From: Paragordius varius
Lineage: Eukaryota > Animalia > Nematomorpha
DNA length: 64,000 nucleotides
Direction of reading: 5' to 3'
NCBI GenBank assembly: GCA_964247055.1
Contig: OZ176056.1
Location: forward strand, 7,316,001 to 7,380,000
The notes under the pieces are model-generated. The model saw nothing but the letters and a program-made list of their open reading frames with translations. It was not told where the DNA came from and searched no databases. Positions 1-12,039 of this stretch are shown here, one piece after another. Every line of letters starts with the position of its first letter. Positions within the stretch are counted from its first letter, which is position 1. The translations under genes and the position numbers were made by a program.

Positions 1-2260
1 ACTCCCATATAATCCCCACGTTTGATGAGTTGGTGTCGAAAATAGTTGAAGGTATCACATTCACAAAAATTGATTTTTAAAGATGCTTACCTCCAAATGC
101 CAGTGGCAGAGGAGTGTCAAGAATGGTTAACAATATCAACACATAAAAATTTTTTAGATACAAACGAATGCCGTTTGGACTTGCCACGGCACCCATCATC
201 TTCCAACGAGTGATGGAACAAGTGCTGGCTGAAAGTCCGGGGACTTGCGTATGTTTAGATGACGTCCTAGTGACTGGTAGGACGGAAAATGCGCACATCA
301 ACAATTTTAATAACGTATTAAGTCGTCTCGATAAGGCCGGATTTAAATTAAGACAAGATAAAATAAGGATAGGTGCAGAATCAGTAAACTATTTAGGGTT
401 TGAAATATCGAAAAAGGGTATAAGCCCATGTCAAAGCAAAAAAGCAATCAAGAAACTAAAAAGGCCGGTAGATAAAAAGTCATTACTTAGTTTTTTAGGT
501 TTTTTTGACGTTTTATGAACGCTTTATATCAAAATTACAAATGATAGTCGGTCTCTTACATGAATTAACTAGTAAAAATACGAGATGGTTTTGGACCGAG
601 AAACATGAGAAATGCTGGTTAGCAGCTAAGAATTTGTTAAGCGAAAAAGTGGTTTTTAACACCATATAACCGGAATAGGAAATTGATAATAGAAACTGAT
701 GCGTCAGATTTAGAATTCGGGTGTATTTTAAGCCATGAACCGATAGCGTATGCCTTACAAAAGTGTAGCAACGCTGAAAGGAATTATTCCACTATTGAGA
801 AGGAATTAAAAGCAATATTGTTTGCGTTAAGAAAGTCTTAGTTTCGTATATGGTAGAAAATTTATAATATTAACTGACCATTTACCTTTAGTAAAGTTAA
901 TAAATAGAGATCGAAATTTAAAAGAAATACATAATGCTTAAGTACTAAGTTGAATTAATATGATAAATGAATACGACTTTAAATAAGTCATCAAAAGGGG
1001 GCTCAAAATAGAGCTGGATATTTATCCAGATGGCCGATTGACGAGATCGTTGCCTATGATGAGGATTATGCGGTTACCAGATATCTGAGATTTTTGAATT
1101 GTCATAACGTGCGGTTAAGGAGAGATGAAATTTGAAAAGAAACCGCATTAGATCCAGTATTGCAAAAAGTAAATAAAGCGTTAAACAACCATGACTGGAG
1201 TTCTCCAGGATTAGAAAAGTTCGTAAACCGTAAAGACGAGTTGGCATATCAATATGGCTTATGAAGTTTAAATGATCGGATTATAATTCGAAGCCCCTCC
1301 AAAAAGAGGTGGTGAGATACCTACACAGCGGTCATAACAACGTAGAGACCATAAAAACGATGGCCAGATTTACGTGTTATTGGCCTGAACTAGAAAATGA
1401 CCTGGTAAAAGCCTGTAGTCAATACGAATCGTGCCAACGTAGTAGGCCGAATGTTACTCAGAATTCCACATATCAGTGGGATCCTAATGTTGCTGTGTAG
1501 GAGCTTTTGCATATTGATATAGCCGGACCGGTAGATGGTTTTTATTGGTTGTTGATAATCGATAGTACCTCGAAATGGGCAGAAGGGTTTATTCTAAAAA
1601 AGGTAACCGCAGCTAATATAATCCACAAAGTAGAAGAGACGTTAGCGATAACGCTTCGTATTTCAGTAATGAGAACTTCACATCAACCTTAATTAGGGGT
1701 GAAACATATTAAGGTTACCCCCTACCATCCTAAGAGTATTGGGATGGTAGAAAGGTTAGTAGGTACTATAAAAAAATACAAAAAAATAAAAAATAATACA
1801 ATATCCACCCATGAAGCGTTTAACTAGCCTATGGGCTTATAGAAATTCGAACTCAACAACGAAAGAAACCCCGGCCCAGTTAATGTTCAAGCGTACTCCC
1901 CATACCCCCTTAACCTGGTTAAATAGTAGGGCCAGATTACCAGATGCACCGACCCCTCGTCGGCAGTTTGCCATTAATGACCAGGTAATGATTAAAAATG
2001 AATTAAGTCCAGGGTGGCGCGCCGGAAAGATTACGGACCGTACAGTGTTATTTTCATACAAGGTATGGGACAAGGACCGACACAAAGTTGTGAGGAAACA
2101 CGCTAACCAAATAGTACACCAGCCACAACCACAACCTACCACTGCCAGCAACACAAATGAGGAGGATGTAACTACTGCCAAGGGTGATGGAACAATCGTC
2201 GAAACGCAGCCAAACACGATCAATTCAAGGGACGAAACCGAACCAACTCCGACAGCCTAA
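1..2260 (+). mobile_element. Ty3/Gypsy LTR-retrotransposon pol relic (RT, RNase H, integrase), frameshifted; continues off the left edge
   Basis: RT motifs MPFGLATAPIIFQRVM and CLDD (168-518); RNase H-like ETDAS and EKELKA (~690-820); integrase pieces HSGH..C..C (1309-1500), HIDIAGP (1507), PYHPKSIGMVERLV (~1715-1760), AYRNSNSTTKETPAQLMF plus C-terminal domain (1811-2260). Many stops and frameshifts; no LTR recognised. Confidence 0.93.
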
Positions 2261-2379
2261 AGTCCAAATAATGATAATACCCAGGAATCTGCGACAACCA
2301 GCTCCCCCGCAAAAATACAATGAATAAATATATATAGCTTTTAATTTCCGGTCATTTAAGATTCCAAAACAAATTAAAC

Positions 2380-2805
2380 TTTTATTCACTCATAAACCAG
2401 ATGACAAATAAATGGATTAATAAAAAACATTTTTTTGTTTTATATTGATATATACATTTTTTCAATGAATCAAATGAATGTTAAGATTTTATTAGCTAGT
2501 AAATAATTAAAAAAATATTATATTATAGTTATATTTAAAAAATTGTCTTTTAGGTACATAAATAAAAAAACGCGATTTTTGTTTGACCTGAATTTTCATA
2601 AAAGCCCTAATGTGATTATGGCTATTCATAAATTGTAAATATCTGCTAAAATGATTGTCCTACTTAGTTTTCATTTGTCAATTTCGATTTTCTCTCAAAA
2701 TCTAGGTCGTAAACGAATAAAAAATTTTACGGCAAATGAATTTGCTGGCATAAGCTATTTCATGAATAAAAATTATTTTGATAAAAAATTTTTTGCGCAC
2801 AATGT
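2380..2805. repeat. Partial (right-half) copy of the ~1.15 kb long-TIR non-autonomous DNA transposon family also at 12040-13200 and 29594-30740
   Basis: Shares blocks aaaccagatgacaaa, tgacctgaa, ctaggtcgtaaac and cataagctat..cat with the right arm of the 29594-30740 copy. Confidence 0.7.
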
Positions 2806-2939
2806 AATATTTGCATGTTTAAACCAAGATATAAAAATTTGATGTTTAATACAAAGGTTATACAATAGTTTTATTCAAATACTAAATTTGTCTTTAAACT
2901 AAGTTACGTAGATAAAGTATGTATTTTAATCATCTTACA

Positions 2940-3444
2940 TATTTCTTATCCGAATCTTCTCTCTCCATAAGCGAATATATTTTTCTGGTTTTTTCTCCGT
3001 TGTCTTTTCCGTTTTCATTCTCGTTTCCCTTTCCGTTGCTTTCTCCCTCCACCACTTCCAGTTTATTAGTTTAATTCCTAAAGTCACCTCATTCACTTCT
3101 CCACCCTTCGCGCCGGTGAGCCGTAATCATTCCGCATGTTGTAAAATTCGATTTCCATCTTTTACCGTGTATGAGAAAACTACGGTTCTTTCCAAAAATT
3201 ATCCTTTTCTTCACCCCGTATTGATTTCATTCTTTATGTACAGCTCTTCGTCTGGTGTGAATATTTAATTGGGTAGATGTCATCATCTAATTGTTACGAG
3301 TGTGTTTCTCTAACCCTGGAAAAAGTGTTATTGATATTTCTCTTTAAGAATCAGCTATACGGCCACTCTTTTGTGGCGCTATGCACGGCAAAGCGATAAC
3401 CTCATATTTACTTTTTAGTATGGATGCAGCTTGTAATCTAGCTA
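2940..3444 (-). mobile_element. 3' half of a second, degraded Gypsy integrase, split from its 5' half by the RTE insertion
   Basis: Minus-strand translation gives YRFAVHSATKE..FLKR and FTPDEELYIKNEINTG*RKG*FLERTVVFSYTVKDG, which aligns by eye with FAINDQVMIKNELSPGWRAGKITDRTVLFSYKVWD in the 1811-2260 ORF. Confidence 0.75.
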
Positions 3445-3456
3445 TAGAGTGCTTTT

Positions 3457-6400
3457 TGTTGTTGAGCTTGTAGTCGGTTATCGACCATTAGCGATTTTGT
3501 AGGAAAACTTCCTCCATTCGGTTCTGTCGTGAGCTTTTTGAGATAGTTTTTGCAGTGACAATTTGGAAAGTGATAAGATTTCGTCTACCCAACGAATACG
3601 TCTGCGTCCTCTTCTTCTCTTACCATTTACTTTTCCTAATATAATATCCTTTCCAAAGAATTCGCCCGAATAATGTGTGCAAAGTAACCGAATTTTTGTT
3701 TTATTATTTTACCCCGAAGCGTTGTTTGTGCGTTAATTTTATTTACAATATCGATGTTCTTTATTTTGTCCTTCCATGTTATACCAAGTATTTTTCTCCA
3801 GCAAAACATTTCAAAAGCGTTTATTCTTTTTTCGTATTCTCTTTTGATAGTCCAGCTTTCACATCCGTATAACATGATAGGAAAGATTAATGCGTTTATT
3901 AGTCGGATTTTTGTTTTAAGGGTTATGTCATGAGATTTCCATATCTTGTAGTGTGAGGCTAGAGCGCATTTGGCGATGGCTATACGTCTTTTTATTTCTT
4001 GGGAACTGGAGCTTGAGTTGTTGATAATGCTTCCAAGGTATGCGTATTCGTTGACTACTTGAATTGTTTCGTTAATCCAAAGCGAGTCATAGGAATGAGG
4101 GGAGTTGACACGCAATATTTTAGTTTTGTTGAGGTTTAATGTAAGATTGTATTTTTGCACACATTTATAAAAGTTCGGAGACTGTTTTCGAGGTTTGTTT
4201 GTGAATTTGCTAAGATAACCGTGTCGTCTGCGTAGTGGAGAGTCGTCAGAGTGTGACTCCCTACTTTTATTCCTGGCAGATTTAGATCCCTCATGATACA
4301 TTCCAAATATATGTTGAACAACATGGGGGATAAAATGCAGCCTTGACGTAGACCTATGTTCATTGGGCTCCAAGAGGTCGGGCCATGCGGGGTGTTAAGC
4401 GATAGGTAGGAGTTGGAGTATATGGATTTAATTAGTTTGATTAAGTGATCGGAAACTCCTATTTGTTTAAGGGCCTTCCAGAGAATGTCTGTGGAACGGT
4501 ATCGAAGGCTTTAGAGAAATCCACGAAACATAGGTGTAGCTCATTTTGGAATTCACAGTTTTTTTCCATTATCCATCTAAGGTTTGAGATCATGTCTCGG
4601 CATCCTCTTTTTTCTCTAAAGCCTGCCTGGGTCATTGAGATTTCCGGTCTGACATATGTTTGTAGACGGTTTTGTATTATTTTTAAGAAAACTTTTGAGG
4701 TTTGATTGATCAATGCTATTGTACGGTAGTTTTCGCATAATTTAGGATCGCCCTTTTGAATATAGGGACCACTAGTGATTTGCTCCAGTCCGTCGGGAAT
4801 GTTCCCTCATTAAAGATTTTTTGAAATAACGAAAGAATTAATTTTATGGGAATGTGCCTTTGTAACTCGGTAGGGATGTTATTGAATCCTTCTGCTTTGC
4901 CGGTTGATGAATGCTTCAGGGCCCATTCGATTTCTTCTTTTAGTATAGGAGGGTCATAAGTTTGTTCAGAGTTCATGGCGATTATATTTGTTTGTTTTGA
5001 GAATAAATTTTGGATGTATTCTTCCCAGAGTTTAATTACTCCTTTTTTATCGGTTAGAAGTTTCCCGTTTGAATGAGACATAGGACCTTTGTACATTTGT
5101 TTTTTGCGGGGTTGAATGTCTTTTATAAAAGAGAAGTAGTTGTGATTAAGTTTAGCAGCTTGCTCTAGGTTAGCGCAGATTGTATTATAATGAGATTCTT
5201 TGTCGGATCTTATGCTTTTTTGTAGTTCATTATTAATACTTTTGTACTCAAGGGGAGTGCCCTTGGATTTTGTTACTCTTCTCTGTTCAATTAGGTCGAT
5301 GCTTTGTTGTGATATGGTAAATTTTTTGTTTTTTGTTGTGGCAGGCGGTATATATTCTCTTTAGCTGTTTCGGTGGTAATTTTGTGAATAGTAGACCAAA
5401 GATCATCTGTGTTCAATGTTTCGTATTTTAGGGATTCAAATTTATTGTTAAGGATTGGAGTAAAATCGGCAGGTATAAGTTTGTAGTTCAATTTAGTTTT
5501 GGAAAAAAAATTTTGCGGCTGGGGAAGTTGTAGCTTTATTTTGATCTTAGCCATTAATAAGTTATGATCTGAGTTGCAGTCTGCACTCGAGTAGCACCGG
5601 ATGTTTTGAAATAAGCTTTTGAATTTTTGCATTCCCAATATGTAATCTATTTGATTCCTGTGTTTACGACACGGTGAGGTCCAGGTGTAGAGCCGTCTGT
5701 TAGGTTGTTTGAAAAACGAGTTCGCTATAAAGAGATTGTTTTGTTGGCAAAAATCAATTAGCTTTTCACCACGGTGGTTTTTGACTTTACCAAGGCCTTT
5801 TCCACCAGTGACCTTGTCTGTTTTATCGTTAGCTATGATAGCGTTAAAATCGCCAATGATGAAAGTTATGTCTTTTTTGGATGTTTCACAGAGAACCATT
5901 TGTAACTCATTATAGAACTTTTCGCATTCGTCTTCGGGTGACACACTCGTGGGGGCATAGATTTGATATATTGTTATAGCCTGGGGTCTGATGTTAATTC
6001 GTAGGGATATAATTCGATCGGAGATAGGTCTATATATATCAGTATGTTTGGCAAGATTATTCGATATTAAGAAACCGCATCCATTTCGTTTGAGTTCACC
6101 GCCAGAGTTATAAAACGAGTAATTGTCGTATATTTTGTGTGAGGTTGCATATGAGTCTCCGACAGCCCTAACACGTGGATGTTTAAACGTTTCATTTCGC
6201 GAATTATTATATCCAATTTGTTATCTGAAGTGCCACGTGTGTTCCAGGTGGCCCTATTTATTTCTAAATTACGGGAGCTTATTTTAGAATTATTGCTTTC
6301 CATGTAGGAATTTAGTATAGTGGTGGTGTATTGAGATATGAGAATCAATAAAAAGAATCAGTATGATATGTCCACTGATGTTTAAGAATGGTTTTTAGGG

Positions 6401-6652
6401 AATAAAATTGTCGATGAAAATTTTGGAGTGCTATGTTCTGCAGAAAATAATTCAAGTGTGATTATAATTCTGAGTGATAGAATTTCTCCGGATAATAAAA
6501 CTGACAATAAATTGATGAAGATAATGAGATAAATTCCATTTATCACCGAATGTAAACAAGATTTCCTATAAAATCAAAAGGTACACGCATCTCAGGAGTG
6601 AACATACCAAGTTCTTCTCCGCGCCTGCAGCTGATCATAAAAAAGTTAATAT
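3457..6652 (-). mobile_element. Full-length (~3.2 kb) RTE-clade LINE (AP endonuclease + RT), with frameshifts and stops
   Basis: APE motifs ATWNTRG, GLSETH, GDFNA, IDYI, SDHN (6348-5291); RT motifs DFSKAFD, RQGCILSPMLFN, YADD; RTE-type C-terminus GKRRRGRRRIRW...DRTEWR (frameshifted, ~3640-3480); short CAA-type tail; identical 12-bp flanks TAGAGTGCTTTT at 3445-3456 and 6653-6664 (TSD). Confidence 0.95.
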
Positions 6653-6664
6653 TAGAGTGCTTTT

Positions 6665-6940
6665 AACGTATAAATAAGACGTTCAACCAGCCCATTTGTT
6701 CGTGGATGATAGGGGGCACTGACATAGTTAATGTTTGCTCGTTGCAAGGTATGGCTCTAAATACTTTTGATGCAAAATATGAGGCATTGTCGGTAAATAT
6801 CATTCGCGCACACCCATACCCTACCCAAAATTGTAACCATGCAATATGTTTGAATTAACATTTTAACAACTCAGCTTTAACCCATCTTAAGATATAAAAA
6901 CTTTATACAGACAAAATTTGAGAGCATAAAGACAAATATT
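6665..6940 (-). mobile_element. 5' half (catalytic core) of the second Gypsy integrase
   Basis: Minus strand reads RWVKAELL...YGCARMIFTDNASYFASKVF (frameshift) ANINYVSAPYHPRTNGLVERLIYTLKAL, running straight into the TSD. Confidence 0.85.
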
Positions 6941-7169
6941 TATAAACTCCTATACTCTTTTTTAATAGCAAAAAATAAGTTATTTAGATACGCTAGTTCC
7001 GAAATATAATACTTTAAAAAATTGGTCTAAAATATTAATAGGAGTTAATTTGACGATCTCCATAAAATCACAATCTTAATATAAATAATCTAATTATAAA
7101 TTAGATACCATATAGTAATATTCTTGTATAAAATTATTTTATAAATCAATCCGGAATTATAATTATAGA

Positions 7170-7260
7170 AAAACAGAGCTTCGAACCGGAATCACGTAGA
7201 AGCGCAACGCGATTTCGTTGGGTTAGAACCACCCCGGTTTTGGTGCCACCTCCGAAATAT
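7170..7260 (-). mobile_element. Possible degraded tRNA-derived SINE head
   Basis: GC-rich island with a B-box-like GGTTCGAAGC on the minus strand; no intact cloverleaf. Confidence 0.3.
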
Positions 7261-7512
7261 GTAGATCCCATATGGTTTTATTTTTAGAAAACAAAATTTT
7301 TTATTTTATGCTAACAAAATTAAAATCTGCGATTAAAACTATGGTTATTATTGATTTAATACATTGACTATATAATCAATAATTTATCTCATAAATATTA
7401 ATGCTTCCAAATATTGAGGCTGAATGTTTGAAAACAAAAACTAAATGATTTAAAATTATACCAAAATATTATCTTATTATAGTAATTTTGATTTTATCCT
7501 GATCTCTTTAAT

Positions 7513-8040
7513 CAGCGGTCCGACAGGCGACCCGCGCGCTGGCGCCCTCTCAAAAATTTATTAAGGTCCGCAAAAATGATGAAACATAAACGAATTGTAT
7601 AATTTAAGAAAATATCTTAGTAAAATTATAAAATGTATAATGTTTTAAATTTTATACATTTAAATAATAATTTTTTTGAAACTTTTGCTCTTTTGTTCAC
7701 TAAAACCATTAATTAATCGGCAGAGGACTATAAGGCCGCTAAATGTTTATTACCTAATATTAATTAGATTTAATAAACCACTAGGGTAAAAATTAGCATT
7801 AATTAAAGAATTTTACAGACCAAAACCGTTAAAAGACAAGTATATCTAAATTTTTATTGGATGGATTTTAATTAACTTTGAAGGCTCTAAATATATTTTC
7901 ACATTTTGCCGACGGAATAAAATCAAAATAATTCTTGCATATATCGTGGTTGTAAATTCTTGTAGAGTCCATAATTGATAAGAAAAAATTTTTTTAATGC
8001 AGCCCGCCTATGTTTAAAAATCCGCTCGGTAGACCGTTTG
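7513..8040. repeat. Degenerate hAT-type MITE
   Basis: Starts CAGCGGTC...cgacccgcgcg and ends ...gcccgc...gaccgtttg, resembling hAT MITE termini with GC-rich subterminal motifs; no TSD confirmed. Confidence 0.4.
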
Positions 8041-8740
8041 TGTAAAACATCCCTACTTTGAATGATTCAAACATGTAAATTTAGAACAAAACGGTTTATA
8101 AAATATTTTGAAGCAACTCCATTTATTTATGGTAATTTTAAGAGTTTTAGATTTTGGCTTTAGAGCCAAATTTTCAAATTAATTTTCTTATATCTCGCTT
8201 CCGTAAAAATATTTTTCAAATTATACCTTGTGCTGTACTAAAATTAATAATTAGTCTAATATAACATTTGAAATCGAGAAAACAATAATCTATCACGAAC
8301 ATTTCCTTTTTTTTACATAAAATGAAATGGTTGGCTAAAATTTTAGGGAAACGGGTAAGGTTCAAAACAAACAAAACGATTTTAATTACTTATATGAATA
8401 TATATATTAACACAATTATCAAATAGCTCTAAAAAAATTTTCATTACATTAATTTTTTCTCATATCAGACACAACAATTTTATTGTGTGTTATTTATCTA
8501 TTGGTTCATATCAAATTAACCAATCGCTTTTCGCCAAATATACATTTTGTTTTTATTTACAGGTCAATAAATAATATATCTTTTAATCTTATCGAATGAA
8601 ATTCATAAAAATAATTTTTCATTATTTTATTTTTTTGGCATAAAGTCTAAAATTTCTTTAAATAATTTACACATAATTTTTGGTGAATATTTGAAGAACC
8701 AATAATGATAAAATTTTTAATTCTTTTCGCGTTGACAATC

Positions 8741-9946
8741 ATGGGTAAGAAATATATATATATATATATAATTAATTTCCATTTTTTGATTCATATATAA
8801 TTTTATATTAAAACTTTATATTCATAGCTGTTCGAATAAGTAAGTTAATATATAATTTATTATTTTATATATTTGATATTTATTGTTTTGGATATATAGT
8901 ATGAGTAGGTATACATTGCTAGTTTTTCATTATGTTATTGCCAAATAGAATATGCAGCAAAGAGAATAATTATTGGCTAATAATAGTAAAATAAAAAGTG
9001 CAAAAAATAACTTTATGCCAATAATACTGCCCTTTGCTGAATATACTATTTGGCATTAATGAATGAAAATCTTGCAATGTATACTTACTTAATAATACTG
9101 TAATTTATTATATATATATTCTTAAAAATTCTTTATAGGCGCTGATGGAGAAGGTATTTTCTTTTATATTATTTATTATATATATTCTTAAAAATTCTTT
9201 TTAGGCGCTGATGAAGATGGTATTTTTGATGGGTATGAAGGTATTTTCTTTTATATTATTTATTATATATATTCTTAAAAATTCTTTTTAGTCGCTGATG
9301 GGTCTGATGGAGAAGGTATTTTCTTTTATATTATTTATTATATATATTCTTAAAAATTCTTTTTAGTCGCTGATGGGTCTGATGAAGAAGGTATTTTTTT
9401 TTATATTATTTATTATATATATTCTTAAAAATTCTTTTTAGGCGCTGATGTAGCAGGTATTTTCTTTTATATTATTTATTATATATATTCTTAAAAATTC
9501 TTTATAGACTTTTTAAGGCTTGTGGACGAAGGTATTTTCGTTTATATTATTTTTATATAGAGTTTACAATGATATTTATATTGTTAGGTTAACTAGTTCT
9601 AACAATTTATTTTTATTCGTACAAAGCTGAAAATTAAATTTATTAATTCCTAAAATACTGAAGAACGAGAGATAATTTTGGCAAAATACTCGTGGGTAGG
9701 TTTTTCTGCATTATTAAAACTTTCATAAGCCCGAATTCAATCTATATATGATACTAAAATTAGGTAGATATTTTTAATTATATCTATATGGCCACTATTT
9801 TTGTATTTTTTTCGTTAACTAAAATGAAATGACGGTTTGGTTTTTAATTATAAACCATATTTTGATATATATATATATATATATAGATATATATATTAAT
9901 TTATTTATTTATTTTTTAGACACAGAAGAGACGAAAGTAGAGAAAT
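8741..9946 (+). CDS. Putative micro-exon gene (5' part). Exons 8741-8744 (ATGG), 8828-8839, 9139-9153, 9205-9219 or 9205-9240, 9292-9315, 9367-9390, 9442-9456, 9508-9531, 9920-9946. Acidic peptide MAVRISADGEGADED(GIFDGYE)VADGSDGEVADGSDEEGADVADFLRLVDEDTEETKVEK...
   Basis: Every internal exon is bounded by (t/a)tag and GT, is a multiple of 3 (12, 15, 15/36, 24, 24, 15, 24, 27 nt) and is stop-free in phase 1. The first exon ends ATG-G/GTAAGA (phase 1). 3' end not determined; no homology recognised; no transcript evidence. Confidence 0.6.
8904..9089. repeat. ~185-bp hairpin MITE inside a predicted intron; fragments of the family near 19965-20050 and 21150-21195
   Basis: Arms agtaggtatacattgc...tgccaaatag...attattggc and gccaataat...ctatttggca...gcaatgtatacttact are reverse complements. 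Confidence 0.8.
9100..9560 (+). repeat. Tandem array: near-identical 51-bp AT-rich units (GTATTTT...TTCTTT(T/A)TAG) separated by 15-36 bp GC-richer variable segments
   Basis: Full units at 9154-9204, 9241-9291, 9316-9366, 9391-9441, 9457-9507 (each 51 nt); partial units at ~9100-9138 and 9532-9560. Confidence 0.95.
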
Positions 9947-10744
9947 GTATGTTAATTATATTGCGTATATTTATTAACCGGAGAAATTGCAAATTTACAA
10001 AAGTTTTTAAGTAAAGCTTTTGCCTTTAAATAGATCTAAAATCTTTTCAATAAAGTTCCATAATAAGTATTTATCGTGTAATGACTCCAAGTTACGAAAT
10101 TTTAATATATGGTAACAATTAGTATGGCACTAACCATGGTTAAACAATGTTAATTAAAACATATTCCTTAATAATTTTATAAGTTATCCGAATAAACTTA
10201 CAAGACTAATATAGGGTTAAGCCTTACCCAAGGATAAGATTAGAAAAACGCCCCTAAATTTCTGTTAAATACAAGTATTACCTACAACCGTGATTATTAT
10301 ATTTAAGTCTCGGCAAAAGTTATTTCGAAAAGCCACATTATATTTTGGGTAACAGCGTATTTTACAGAAATTTAAGTTTTAAGTAGCGCCTTTTTAAAAA
10401 AAACGCTTGGCTCAAATTAAATCACTATTGACACTTCATATATTCTCATAAATTGATAAAAGTTGTTTCTTTAAAAATATTATTTTTTGGAGCGACATTA
10501 TTTTTGTACACAAGAGGTTTGGCTATTAAGGCGTCTAATGATAAAAAGTAGGTCGCAGGTCATGTCTTGCTCATTGAAAAAAAAGTATTATTATATTTGA
10601 TTGGTGTTTTTCACAGATGAAAAATCCTATTTAAAAACCACTACTTTCATACTGAGTGGTACCTAATCGAGGGCTATTGGAAAAAAGTGGTTTAAGTACA
10701 GGCCCATATATAAATAAATTTCATAATTATATTCACTTTTAATT

Positions 10745-12012
10745 TACCATTTGCGCTTTAAGAGTATCCTTTAAGTTGAACACATTAATTTGATCCTTGA
10801 ACAGTTTAAGTTGGTCCATGAGTCCAACCAAACAATTTTTGATCTAACAAAGACATTTTCCTAATCAATATAAAGCTTTTATGTTTCATGATATATATAT
10901 ATATCAAAAGAGGATATCAAATTAACTTTAAATCAAAAGGAAGATACCAAAAAAAGGATATTTTATTGTGCTTAAATTTATTTTTTACGTTAATTTGCAA
11001 TCATAAAATTACTTAGTACCATAAAATCATATTTATGGATAATTCATGACACCTCTATCAACCTTGAACACAAACCAAAACAAGACATATGAAACAAAAT
11101 AAACTAAATAATGACAAATATTTCATTGAGAATTTAACTTGGAATCATCAGAATTCTTATTAGAATCTTTATTAAAGAAATAAGACCATATTTAAGACTA
11201 AAGATGAAAAGTTTTAATTCGATATGTTAAAATATACAAAATATCTCATTATAAAACTAAACATTTAAGTCTTTTAATGATTACTTAATATTGGTATAAA
11301 AATTATATGGTGCTGTCAAAAAATAAATTGAGTGTGATCATGATTAATTATTTATTTATCTTGTTTTGATATTTAGAATAAAATGAGTTCGATTGATTGG
11401 GAAAACGTTTTTAAAATTTGTTTTGATTGAATGGAAATATTTTTGTGGACTGGGAAAAACAGTTCAAGTTGGTTCTTGAACATTTCAAGTTAAACCTTAA
11501 AATTTTTAAATTTGGTTTACCATACTTGTATTTATTTTTTAATTTTATTATTTATTAACCTATTTTCTTTATTTATTATATATTTATTCATTTAAAAATA
11601 AAAATTTTATTAAAAAACCACTTTCTTGTTTCAAACTATTTTTTTCAATTAAACAAAATTATTAACTTTTAAAGGTTTTTAATCAAAAATTGTAATAAAT
11701 AACCCAGATAACTTTTATAATTTTTCATTTCGTGTTAGCTTATTATCCAAAATTATTTTAAGAAATTAATAAAGATATATGGTTTCTCAAAGATTAAAAG
11801 TTGATATCGATTTAAAAGTTATGTTAAATTATAGAAAATAGGCTAAAAACAATAGATGTATTTTTACGATTTGATTAATAAAAATTAAAAACAAATCAAA
11901 ATCAAAGGACCAACTTGAAGTGATTAAGGTCAAACTTGAAAGGTTGAAGGAACTCGAACTGTTCAAGGACCAACTTGAAGTGTTCAAAAACAGTCCTTAA
12001 GTGCAAATGGTA
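10745..12012. repeat. ~1.27 kb non-autonomous element with TACCATTTGC terminal inverted repeats and subterminal aagttggtcc/ggaccaactt repeats
   Basis: taccatttgcgctttaag (10745) vs cttaagtgcaaatggta (to 12012); termini resemble the 21899-22221 / 48185-48522 family. Confidence 0.55.
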
Positions 12013-12039
12013 TATATATATATGTATATATATATATAA

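Noticed and set aside
6349-6652. HDV-like self-cleaving ribozyme in the RTE 5' UTR (known for some RTE elements)
   Set aside because: I could not assemble the nested double pseudoknot by eye; a descriptor or covariance-model search is needed.
9100-9560. CRISPR-like repeat-spacer array
   Set aside because: Spliced eukaryotic context, no cas genes, 51-nt non-palindromic AT-rich repeats, and spacers related to one another (GCTGATG). The intron/micro-exon reading explains it better.
9561-9587. Extra 27-nt micro-exon (EFTMIFILL) after a 29-nt intron
   Set aside because: In frame and 3n, but the composition is intron-like and the donor weak; not included without transcript data.
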